From Laetmonice hystrix (Eukaryota): a DNA stretch of 64,000 nt. The position numbers and the translations under genes are program-made. The stretch spans positions 23,686,001 through 23,750,000 of the forward strand of contig OZ249436.1 in assembly GCA_965235115.1 (NCBI GenBank), given 5' to 3'. The stretch's first letter is position 1. Each line of letters opens with the position of its first letter. This document shows positions 36,917-48,879 of the stretch, piece by piece. The notes under the pieces are model-generated. The model was given only the letters and a program-made list of their open reading frames with translations, ran no database searches and was not told the DNA's origin.

Positions 36917-37335
36917 GTGAGTGTCCGTGTCTATAAACGTAGGAGACTTGCCCCAGGGCCCTTACATACCCGATCCCACCACCCCGACACAACCACACAC
37001 TGAAATATTTGAAATACCAATAAAATACCATATTTTTCAGGTTTCTTTGATAACCCTGGAGCATCATCCCCATACTCACACATATGAGATAATCACATGT
37101 TTTAAAACTGCTATAACTAAAAAAAAAATTATCAACCAAGCTTTTGGATCTGCCCCTTTTCTGACGTTTTAAGACCAGTGTGGGTCCCAATCATAAAGGT
37201 AGCAAATGTGTATACGAATAGACTCAAGTCAATAGTCATGTCTAATTTTCTTATTATGCATTTGTTACCGACATTCCCATATCTGTTCAATATCAACAAG
37301 GAGTAATGATACCTTCCTTGCGTTTATAACTGTAG

Positions 37336-37461
37336 GTACAAACGAATGCCTGGTAGACAATGGCGGATGCGACCAGTTATGTGTGGACCTATATAATACC
37401 TTCTACTGCGGATGTCGTCCAGGATTCAGGCTAACGACATTCAGCAATATTGATTGTCCAC
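37336..37461 (+). CDS. EGF-like (calcium-binding type) exon of the collagen-like gene
   Basis: tgtag|GTNECLVDNGGCDQLCVDLYNTFYCGCRPGFRLTTFSNIDCP|gtaagt; six Cys with EGF spacing; phase 1/1. Confidence 0.9.
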
Positions 37462-37492
37462 GTAAGTGACTAAAATGAGCTTCGAATGATTT

Positions 37493-39410
37493 TTAGCCCC
37501 CACAACGGGGGGCTTATAATTCGCCCTCCGTCCGTCCGTCCGTGCGTACTGGCGTACGCACGTACGTCCATATGTCCGTAGACCGCGATTTCTCAGAGGT
37601 GTATGCGTCGATTTCTTTGAAACTTCACACAATGATCAGGGATGAACTGGGGATGATGCACGTCAAACAGATTTTTGATATCATTCAAAAGAATGACGAT
37701 TTCTTTCAAACATGGTGCAGGGACGAGGCATAATGATGGCCAATATACATTACAATGAAATTTCAATTCAGATCAAAAATGGCGACATGGCGGCCATATT
37801 TGTTTCCTGACCTCCACCATGACACTGTTTTGGTTTATATCTTGAAAATGGTGAATGATAACGCCATAGTTAGTATTATTTTATGGCTGCCGCACTTTCC
37901 CTGTCCTGATTGGTCAGTTCCCTGTCACGTGATCACAGATAAAAACTAATATTGCACGGAAGAAGTAATATTGACCAGCATGACGTCACGTAACGCCACG
38001 TCATGACGTCATGACGTGAAACGTGTTTTGTACATTTAGCCCATTTTTGAACCTTATCTTGGGAATTTCCGAAACTCGTCAAGGTGTTTCAGTCGGGCAA
38101 GGGTGCTGCATGAGTCTGACCCTTCATTTGACCTTTGACCTTTGAACTTAGACAGACCTGGTCCCTAGCTCGCAAATCGGTTTAGTCATTACTTCTTCCC
38201 ATTTTTTTGATAAATCTTGATAATATGTCGCACAGGCACTCTCTAGGGACAGCTCAACCAGATTCCTAGGCAGATAAGCGATTTGACCTATTTTCGCTGA
38301 ACCACGTGACCTGAAAGTTTTGAACTTGAGCTTGACTTGGGTCATTTGGAAGATTTTGTGCTGTAACTCATGAATGATTTGAGATAGAGACATACTTTTA
38401 AATGAACCTTATAAAGGTTTATGTCTACTTTAATTAGGTACCATATTTTTGGTGCCACGTGACCTGTGACGTCATCTACAACGTCATCTGCAAGGTGATC
38501 TCTTCTTTACTTTGGGGCACTTCTCAACTATGGGACAATAAGCTCAGCGTTTTAATATTTACACGTTGTGGACTTTAAACTGTCTACTTTAAGATATTAT
38601 GAATTTCAATTGGCAAAATATATAATTAACAACACGGAGATCAATTATATAAGAGAAGGTCGTGAAGAGAGACAGGCAATTTGACCACTGATCGAGTGAC
38701 CTAGAAACCTCTTTCGTGAGTGACGACGGGTCCCCGCTCCCTGTCCGCTGGAAGGGGCCGACTGCAGACACTGAGCCGACCGGCCTCTGTATAAATAGTA
38801 TCTAATGTTTCTATCTATAAATAGGGGAGTACTTCAGGGACATATTTAGCTCAATGTCAGGCAACTTTGAAGAGAAGATTCCAAGTCTCGGAATGGAACT
38901 CGCCATGTGAAGACCGAAGCTATTTACTAACAAATCTCAGTTAAATCCAATGGCGTTCTCCATAGTAAGTCCACACTGCAAACAGTGGCGTATGTGCTGT
39001 ATATTTCGTCATTAAACGTGAAATATAGCTGTAAATTATCTGTAGCCGAATGACTGGCAATTGTCAAGGGGAGAAACATAATATTTTTCAAATTCAGTCG
39101 AAAAAACATCAAAACGAAAAGAGCAAATGACTTGCTAGGGAATCAAACGCCAGACCTGTCGCACATCAAGCATAGACTCTTCTCAGGAGCTATCACGTTC
39201 TGCTTGCTACTACTGCTTTGAATTGCTACTGATGCCTGTCTTTGTAAATATTTAATGTAGACTTTTGCTTTGAAAGTCGATGTATAGATTAAACATTTAT
39301 AGCTCCTTGTGTGTAACGTTTGAAAGGCTGCGTTTTGGCTAAGGAAATGGCTAGAGTGAGAAATGAAATCCCATCTCGTTAGCACACAATCAACCGTGGG
39401 GGGGGGGGGA
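37493..39410 (+). mobile_element. Helentron/pearl-type non-autonomous element, composite (right end uncertain)
   Basis: TTTTAGCCCCCACAACGGGGGGC hairpin, (CCGT)n microsatellite, GACCTTTGACCTTTGA motif. Segments recur at ~18180-18310 and inverted at ~63700-63970. Confidence 0.5.
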
Positions 39411-39460
39411 GTTTGACACCAGGTAGCAGCACGTCTCGACTATACATTGTACTCACGCTA

Positions 39461-39577
39461 GGGGGCCGGGCCCTGGCGGCGGCAGATGGAGTGAGCAGTG
39501 CTACTATACTATCCCTGACCCTGTTTTTTGCCTCCCTCGAGGTTGTGAATAAACATATTGTATTGTATTGAATTGAG
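39461..39577 (+). mobile_element. Probable LINE 3' end
   Basis: AATAAA followed by an (ATTGT/ATTGA)n tail. Confidence 0.4.
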
Positions 39578-40571
39578 AATATCTGGGCCAGGGATGGTCA
39601 CATATCAATATGTCGGCTAAATATCAGGGACCCCCTACCTTCCGCATATCTATTGGGACTAGAACTTCCTCACTTAATAGGCCTATTAAATATGAGGGAC
39701 CCCCTACCTGCCGCATATTGGGACTAGCATATCGGGGACCCCCTTCCTACCACATGGCGATATGTGGCATCCCTGACCCGGGATATTGCCGAGGCGTGCT
39801 GCGACCTGGTGCTAAACTTTGAAACTAGAGAAATGGCATGTGACATTGAATTTGGGTCATAGCCATTTTTGAGAAACAAATGACTGTAACTCTGAAACGG
39901 TCTAAGATAGAGCCATGGTTACTACTGAACATGAATAGTAAGTCATAGATACTCTTTCAATTGACACCAACATTTTTACCTATCGTGACGTATGAACTAT
40001 GACGTCATTCACATTTTCTAAGGATTTTCAGAGGTCTGTAACTCCTAAACTGTGCTAAATAGGACCATAGTTACTATTAAACACGAATGGGAACTCATAG
40101 ATCTATGCTCTTTCAAATGACACCAACATTTACGTCATATGACCTGACGTCATGACGTAATTTGATGTTTGGGAAGTACCTCATTGTACCACATTGTACC
40201 AGTCCCGTGATCAGTTAGAGAAAATTCATTCATAGCACTTAACTTGCCACTTGAGAGGGAATAATTTTATTCATCAATTTTACGTCTGACCTTTGACCTT
40301 CTTGAAATCTAGGTCACAGCTTAAAATGTGACTAATTCGCCAAGAGCTCCTCTTTTTGACAAATCGAGCCCAAATTGATACCAGGGGGAATCTCCATGGG
40401 GTTTCCCAGATCCCCAGGATCAGACTAAGGGCTGTGCAGTATTTTTAGCATATCATGTGACATCGAAATTGAATCATAGCCATTTTTGAGAAACAAATGG
40501 CCGTAACTTTTTAATTTTTCAGAAGAAAATTGTTCTTTACTATATTATATACTGTACATGGTTATTTTCAG

Positions 40572-40625
40572 CACTGACTAAGAAACGAAAGAAGCGTTCA
40601 ATCTCCCAGAAGAAACATGACGAAG
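40572..40625 (+). CDS. Probable 54-bp exon with basic proprotein-convertase site
   Basis: ttttcag|CA CTG ACT AAG AAA CGA AAG AAG CGT TCA ... GAA G|gtaagt = (P)LTKKRKKRSISQKKHDE; phase matches the EGF exon. Confidence 0.65.
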
Positions 40626-40863
40626 GTAAGTGGAATGTTAAGAAGCCTAATTATTCCACGTGGTTTCATTGTAACTTTGAATTCAACAACAAATATTCCA
40701 CAAGTAAGTAGGTAGTGAGACCTGGAGGAGTTACTTCTATTCTGAGTAGTACTTACGTTTAATTATCCGATTTTCATTACAGGGGAATTGGTTATTTTGA
40801 AATAATCTGGTTTTGTCTGCACTGTTATTTTCTGTTTCATTCTCCTATTCCCAGGATGGAGAA

Positions 40864-40938
40864 TCTTCTTCTTCTTCTTCTTCTTCTTCTTCTTCTTCAT
40901 CTTCTGCTTCTGCTGGGTCTTCTTCTTCTTTTCTTCTT
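40864..40938. repeat. (TCT)n microsatellite next to Helentron-like terminal modules
   Basis: Direct reading. GGGATCTTGAAATTGTCTGGTTTC modules at ~40971 and ~41033 resemble the reverse complement of the 25320 module. Confidence 0.8.
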
Positions 40939-41136
40939 CGTGGTACACTATTAATATCCCTTCCCCCCATAGGGATCTTGAAATTGTCTGGTTTCGTCTT
41001 CCATATCATTATCTCTTCCGCAAATAGGGCAAGGGATCTTGAAATTGTCTGGTTTCATCTTCCTTATTTATCCCATCCCACTGGCTGGACGATCTTACCT
41101 CATATTTCTGTCCATACTTCTGCTACTCCTGCTTAG

Positions 41137-41163
41137 TTCCAGCAGGACCACGGCTAGATCCAC
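41137..41163 (+). CDS. Possible 27-bp micro-exon
   Basis: Pyrimidine-rich tract, cttag|TT CCA GCA GGA CCA CGG CTA GAT CCA C|gtagga; phase 1/1. Confidence 0.35.
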
Positions 41164-42959
41164 GTAGGATTGCCGTATTGCTTATTTTTACTTTTTCTTC
41201 GCCATTAAAACATAAAATAGACAATTAATTACATATCTTCTTACAGCTCATGTCGCATAACTCCCCGGCACAACTGTGGTAATTGACAGAGAACACGATG
41301 TGTAAGGTTGCCGACCGTGGAACCAGGCGTCCATCAACATCTTGGACTGGAAGTACCGCTCTACTGGTTACATGTCGTGGAATCGTGCGACACTACAACT
41401 ATATTTTTGACGACAGCACCTACGACGTTTACAAGTGTCAGATGACAAAATCGTTGATTTACTTACTAACTACATTTCTTGTGGACGACAGTTGTTATAA
41501 AACGGGATTTCCTACAGTTCGGACGAAGATCGTCCAGCCAGTGTCGTCAACGTCCGACAATAACGACTAACGACACCAGTATATGAAACAGTCCCACTGC
41601 CATCCACATAAATGTAGTTAGTTAATCTATGATTTTGTCAGGCGACACTTACAAACGTTGTAGGTGCTGTTGTGAAAAATATAGTTGTACTGTGTCCTGA
41701 CAGTAAAACTGTGTTACTGTTGGCCCATAGTACTATTTTTGTCCGTGTAAGCTAAACAGAGGAGCGGTTCACTTTCTGGTTCTGGTTGTTGTTGTATTTT
41801 ATGCAGTTTCATGCTCGGTTGATGCATTGTGTCATCCCCTTTAGTTCCCACAGTTACAAGACGTGAGTATGAAATGAAGATTATGTACATGTTAAAGAAG
41901 AAGTAAGACTTTTAAGAATCAAAATTGAGGCTAGATATAAAAAAATGGGGATCCCTCCCCCCCCCCCCCCCGGGCGTCGCCAGTTACCGCAGTATTATTG
42001 TCGCCTGATTTCTGTTTCTGTTTTTTATGAGACAGTAGGTAACTATAGGAAACCCATCGGTAGTTGTTTCAATCGTGCAACACTATAGTAATTTCATGAA
42101 ACATGACAGCGTCGTGCGTCACTGTAGTTAGTCATGCAACTGACTACACCAGTTTAGGAAACACACCCATGGTCTACTAAACACAATAAGCAATACTTTT
42201 ACTGGAATAAGATTTTGAACCAATATAGTTTCAATATTACTTGTACATCATGTACATTAATGCCATCATTTAAAAACCCACCTTTTTTCATTTTTTTGGT
42301 GTTTTCAGGCTCTGAAACAATGAATCATGTACCCAGATACACAATTTTTTCCATATACGTTGTCCAAGGTGTGCTCTTTTGATACAACTAACAAAACGAA
42401 TTGTGACCGCCATTCACTTGGAATAGGATGCTACGACAATATCAATGTTGCATTCGAAGATCACAGGTTTTTGGTATATTAAAAAAGAACTAAACAGTGG
42501 ATGGAAGCTTTCATATATTCAATTTATATGCATGAGCAATGCCCATAAACTAAAAAAAACAACGGACCATAACTCTAAAATCCAACTGTCCAGAGACAAT
42601 AATCAAAAGTGGTCAAAATGTAATGTTGCGTTCGTAGATTTAAAAAAACAGGTTCCCACAAAAAATACATAGCATTGGGGCATGTTTATTTCATAACACA
42701 CAACTCCCAACACAGAAATCCTTTGTAGATACTTTTATTTATTTATCTACTGCCACAACCGTGACCATGCCAAGAATTCTCATTGAAGTCAAGGATTCCC
42801 CCCTGAAGCTTCAGGTGAGAGAACCCCATAAGTTCTGTGATAAGCATTCACGTTATATGCCCAATTACAAGCATCAAGTTGGCTATCCACACTCTTCTGA
42901 ATTGATGACAAATCCTCCCTGATGCTTCAGGTGGAGGAAAGTAAAGTTCCGTACAAGCC

Positions 42960-44510
42960 AACAGGACGACACACTTCACCATGATTCTTCTGCGGTATCC
43001 TATTTGGGCTGGCCCGAAGCGCCAACCGGATGACAAACGTCATCCCGGGCCCACCCAAACAAAACGGCGAGGAGTAAACTGTCTGAATATATCCGACCAG
43101 CCTATGAGTAGATCAGCGATAACCATTCTATCGCCCACATGATATCATAACTCCTCCGGACGGATCATCCTACCTATTCTACCATTCTATAGCCAGTTCA
43201 CCCTCCAAAGCACCTTGCGCCTCGCTTACAGCACCCCCTCTTAACCAACACACCGAGCCGCAATACCCCTTACCGGAGGAAGATACCCATCATTGGTCCC
43301 CGCATGAATGACCATGCAAGGAAGGACCTCCCCAGTATGCCGTTCCAATTTACTAGAAATCTCTGCACCATAGTCATGTACCTCCGCATGTTAAAGGGGC
43401 ATATTATGAGGAAACGTTGAAAAATCGGTATTTCAAAGAACTTTTGCTGTTTTCATAAAGAGATCCTTCATTAATATTGCTTGGTAAACAAAGACAGACT
43501 TATCAGTTTCATTTTGTGTGAGAAATCGAAGTTTATGAAGCTTCCTTGCCCGCTTTTCTGCCGATTTCGTAAAATATTTTTTAGGTGGCATTCTGATGCC
43601 AGACGATCGAGTGCAACTGCTGAATTGTTTACAACTAAGCGAAGCACGTGACTAAGCACATGCAGAGAGTGCACACGCAGGATGTGACACAGTATGCAAT
43701 TACACGGGTTAATGGGAGGTTGTCTATAGCAAATTATGGCGGGAGATGTGCCATCGGGAGAAATCTATAGGTTTGGTCGTATAGAACCTACTTTTGCTGC
43801 ATACGCAGCGAAAACACGTCGGAGGACAAAATGCTGTGGTAGGATTATTTACTTGGATCCCTAGTACACGGTCATGTTGGATAATCGCCGGAAATCCTCA
43901 AAAAGGTACATTTTAGTATGCCCCTTTAAATAGCCTGAACCGTCAGGCGCCGCTCAACCTCCCGCATTAAAAACCAGGGATGAATCCTACAGCAATAGGT
44001 AAAAACCCTGGGAAAGCGTAAAGGTGACTCCAATCTCCTCAAGAGAAGGGGCGACCTTAAATTATAGATGTCGTCAACTTGTCTATACACACTTTGCATA
44101 GTGGGCATCATAACGCACACCAGAGCCAATAAGTACAAGTGTGAAGTAAATAATCACGATGACCCGAATAGCCATGCGCCATACAAGTACAATGAATACA
44201 ATGACATACCCTAGAGTCTATTAAGTCAACCATAATAACTACCGAGAAACTATGGCCAGTAAGCTTCATCTCATATCGAGGGGCAAAAGCAAATATATTG
44301 ACAGATGCTCCCGACTGTAATACACCCGCAGATGCGGGCAGCCAACCCTGTCACACCAAAGCCCCGACTCATGCGACATCGCCAAGACGCCACCCGCATC
44401 CTATCGTCGACAATCCAGGTATCCTCTCGATGACGGTCCACCCGAAAAAGCCACGACCAAAACGCTATCCTCTCAGCTCGCTCAGTGACAATGAAAAAGA
44501 CATCGTGTAA
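42960..44510 (+). pseudogene. Possible highly decayed Gypsy-type integrase remnant
   Basis: Weak motif echoes only (LHHDS..LG; DQPMSRSAITIL; MTMQGRT; RPKRYP), many stops. Confidence 0.25.
43395..43925. mobile_element. Kolobok-like MITE, second copy
   Basis: TTAA|AGGGGCATA...TATGCCCCT|TTAA; homologous to 21620-22146. Confidence 0.85.
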
Positions 44511-44914
44511 TACAAGCACTTAGCAGTTCCACCCAGAACCAGTCACTTACACACCACCATGGCCGAATAGTGCAGCCCTTTTGCACCAATCTCAAGACCC
44601 CCATGAACATCCTGCAACTTCGCCACCTGTGATACGCCGTCATAATTCACCGTTACCATCTTAACAGCTCCCAGGTCACTAAACAAACGGCTCCACATCA
44701 CTGACCTAACGAATCCATCATCCTCAAACCGAACAGCCCCCTCATCGTCAACTGAAACGAACTCAAATCATCAGACTACCAGTCCCTTCACCTTCAGACC
44801 CAACGTTACCACCAATTTCATACTACGGGCACCACCATAACCAGCCTACCCTTCACAAATGTCCGGCTAACATAAACAACACATCAGTCTAAAGACTCCA
44901 TCACTGGCACACAA

Positions 44915-45265
44915 CACCACATCGTCAACCTAACGTAACCAACACAGCCAGCCTAACGTCACTACCAATAACATCACCAACATCGTCAGCCTAACGTCAC
45001 CACCACAGCTACTAAAGTCAACAACATCGTCAGCCTAACGTCACCACCACCGCCAGTCTAACGTCACCAACATCGTCAGCCTAACGTCACCAACCTGTCA
45101 GCATAACGTCACAACCATCGCCGCACCAACGTCACCACCATTGAGAGTCAGCCTAACATCACGGCCTAACATCACCACCATCGCCAGCCTAACGGCACCA
45201 TCATCTCCCGCCTAACGGCACCATCATCTCCTACGGCACCACATCTTCAGCCCAACGGCACTGGT
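44915..45265. repeat. Degenerate ~21-24-bp tandem repeat (CATCGTCAGCCTAACGTCACCA)
   Basis: Direct reading. Confidence 0.75.
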
Positions 45266-45954
45266 CACCCTCGTTAGACTAACGGAACCCCCCTCAACAT
45301 CACAGAATAATACCAAACGTCAAGATAACTACAATTCCCTATTTTCTGGGGATTCCATTATACCTATATAACTAAGATACCAATGACCAAATTTAAGGAT
45401 AAGTACCCAAAATCCCAACAACCATTACCTGAAACAATTAACTCAAGGACACAGATAATACAATATGAATACACAAAATGTAACAACCTTCACAATAATA
45501 ACAACCACAACAACTAGACATGCAGATTGCAGGCAATCAGGTATCCCGTTCCTCTATGGATGTATCTAGAAAGGTTCTGTATAGCATGAAAGCAAGTCGG
45601 TCATACCAATAATGAGCAAAGGGTTACAAGAGAAAGACTATGGAGAAGGTATATTCCAAATCTGGAGAAGATTCTCCAAAAAATGAGGGAGTAGATACAT
45701 TTTGACCAGTAATAAGTATAGGGTACCGACAGACCACTTAGACACCTGTGTACACAAAAATGTCTTCAAAATAAAAAATATAAAAATGAATACCAAAAAA
45801 AAAGAGTTGACATAGATGGGATTTGAAGGCAATTCCCTTGTCATGAAATTCACACACATCTGTTCACACACATATTTTGTAGAGTGTTTCTGTAAATTCA
45901 TGACCACAGTAATTAACAGCTAAGTAGAAAATATTTAAAAAAAATAAAAATTAT

Positions 45955-46025
45955 GCCATGGGTAGGATTCGAAACCACGACCCTTGGCAAGAAAGTCCTA
46001 CACTCTACCACTACACCATCCGTGC
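45955..46025 (-). pseudogene. tRNA-derived cassette 1 (present in every family-A unit)
   Basis: GCACGGATGGTGTAGTGGTAGAG...GGTCGTGG(T/G)TTCGAATCC with box A/box B and a downstream T-run; stems do not pair as a tRNA. Confidence 0.7.
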
Positions 46026-46206
46026 ACGCACACAATTAGTAGAGTCCTGCAATAAATGAATGACCATTGGCATAGAAGTAAACAACGATGAATTACATCA
46101 TACCAGGGAGACGCCATAGGAGGCTTATAAAGGTCCCCTATTGGAAAAGAGCTATTTATCAAGATTACCGGAGATAGAAAATATATAAATAAATGAAAAA
46201 ATCTTT

Positions 46207-46280
46207 TGTCAAAGGTGGGATTCGAACCCCCGACCTCTGGCATGAAGATCATACACTGTACCCACTGAGCCATCCAGGCA
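46207..46280 (-). pseudogene. tRNA-derived cassette 2 (present in every family-A unit)
   Basis: GCC(T/C)GGATGGCTCAGTGG...GGGTTCGAATCCC, tRNA-Lys-like 5' end, followed by a T-run. Confidence 0.7.
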
Positions 46281-47424
46281 CACACTCAATTTGTTGAGTG
46301 TTGCTGTAAATAAATCACCATAGTGGCAGATAACTGTGTGTTACATCATACAATCGTTACGTCATAGCAGGCTTATAAAGGACGCCTAGTGGAAGAGAAT
46401 TATGCCATTATCATTATATATCAACGAAATTCCACGAACTTCCACATTACATGCAAAATAGACAAATTTCAAAGTCACGTGACTGAGTCATATGACGTCA
46501 GATTTTTAAAATACTGCCTTTATTCGATCAGTCCCACTACTGAGAAGGCATATACAAAATCTGGAGAAGATTCTCCTAAAAATGAAGGAGGAGATACATT
46601 TTGACTGTTTTCTAAGTGGTGACCTGTATGTCAGAAAGGTCAAGGGTCAAAGGTCAAATGTATGTGGCAAAAGGTAAAGGTACTAGTCCTAAGTAACATG
46701 ACATGAATAACTTTTGTCTATCTCTGACTGGAAGTGTTCCACGTGATATCAAAATTGATAAATATATGACGTCATAACTTGACGTCATGACGTGACATGA
46801 CGTATTCCTTCATATGTCGAGGTCTCCATGTCATGATGTATCTAGCCTGAAAGTTTCATCCAGATATCTTGAAAACTGAGGGAGATATTGACCCGACCTT
46901 AACTACAACAATAACTAGACATGCAGATTGCAGGCAATCAGGTATCCCGTTCCTCTATGGATGTATCTAGAAAGGTTCTGTATAGCATGAAAGCAAGTCA
47001 GTCATACCAATAATGAGCAAAGGGTTACAAGAGAAAGACTATGGAGAAGGTATATTCCAAATCTGGAGAAGATTCTCCAAAAAATGAGGGAGTAGATACA
47101 TTTTGACCAGTAATAAGTATAGGGTACCGACAGACCACTTAGACACCTGTGTACACAAAAATGTCTTCAAAATAAAAAATATAAAAATGAATACCAAAAA
47201 AAAAGAGTTGACATAGATGGGATTTGAAGGCAATTCCCTTGTCATGAAATTCCCACACATCTGTTCACACACATATTTTGTAGAGTGTTTCTGTAAATTC
47301 ATGACCACAGTAATTAACAGCTAAGTAGAAAATATTTAAAAAAAATAAAAATTATGCCATGGGTAGGATTCGAAACCACGACCCTTGGCAAGAAAGTCCT
47401 ACACTCTACCACTACACCATCCGT

Positions 47425-48879
47425 CAGGGATGAAAGTTTTCAGGAAATTTCCTGAAATCAGGAAATTTGAAAAAATCCCCCCCCCCAAGAAATAACACTC
47501 AAAAAAGGAAATAGGCCTAGATCTATAGGCAAAAGAGGTAGGCCTAAGCCAAGGCTAAGTATTGCCCTGGACTGTGTGGTGGGCAATTTTATTTGTTAAT
47601 ATCAAATGAAACAATATCCCTTTCCAGGACGTTTTTTAACACCATGCAGCTCAATATATCTCTACCTGCCAAAGTTCGTTTATAGATGGGGATATTAGAG
47701 TGTCTCAAACCTGTCCAGTGTCACAGGTGCCGCCGTGCATAGGCCGGTCTGCCGGGGGTGCTGATGTACCGCCCGCGGTCCCTGTAGCTGTGGTCACATC
47801 GCTCACATAGACCGGCCCGCATGCGCTGACTTCTACCGGCACGCGGTGGCGTCTGTCCCGTCTGGCAGGCACGGCCCCGTGTCGCTGTGGTGAGAGCGAC
47901 TCCCCTCAGGTAATGACTTCAGGCAAAACTGATGGTCAGGCAGCTGCGAAGCCCGTTGATTCAGGCTTGCCATTATGCCATATCCATGCGCGAGTTTTGC
48001 CTGAGCGCTCACTTAGTGATAGCAATGAGACTATAGACAGACCGGTCTGTCTAGTCCCGGTGATAGTGATTAGGCTGACGAACTGCGCACCATCACAATG
48101 TCACTCCTCACAGGAAACTGGGTCAATTTAGTTCTATGAATCTGCCTAGTATATATGTCAGTAAGTTTTCATAATGTTTTCTTGCATATAAATTTGAGGA
48201 TAATGGCATTACGTAAGTGGTTTTCACTGAAGTTTTGGGGTTGTCAGGACTTTTCATTACATTTGTCGATCAGTGCAGGTGTCCTGATAAGACCGGAAGT
48301 GACAATATTTACAACCACATGAGTGGCACATGGACACACGGGCTGAACCACTCGACTCAGCGACTGTGTTGCTTGGCTGAGAGCCGCTGAGGGTCGTGAC
48401 TGCTGAGGGTCAAGACTGATGGACAGCCTGTGTGGTCAGTCTAACACATGGAAGCTGTTTGACAACGTAATCGGGTGCATTTTGGACGCTAAAAGCCGAC
48501 TGGATTCCAATGTTGGAGAGAGACGGCAGAGCCAGGCAGAGCCAGAGGTTGACACGACAGGCAAGCAACAGCCTTGAACAGGGGCATGGACTGATGAGTG
48601 ATGGAGTCTATCTAGCAAATTTGCAGGGGTGGGGGGTTGGGGGGGGTGGCGACTAAATACTGAGGGCTAGGCCCTATAATATATAATAGCTAGGAGGCCT
48701 TATCGGATTATGATTGTCTGCTGTTCCTAGCCTGACTTTTTTTAAGGGGGGGGGGTAAGCCTTGGATGTGCGCATGAACAAATATTAATTATGGACATTG
48801 GCCCCCGCCGCTCCCCCCCCCCCCCCCCCCCCCCGGTCAGAATTTCAGGAAATTTTACAGCTGGCCACTTTCATCCCTG
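47425..48879. mobile_element. hAT-like non-autonomous element with 6-bp TSD
   Basis: ATCCGT|CAGGGATGAAAGT...ACTTTCATCCCTG|ATCCGT; empty site present in the six sister units. Confidence 0.9.
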
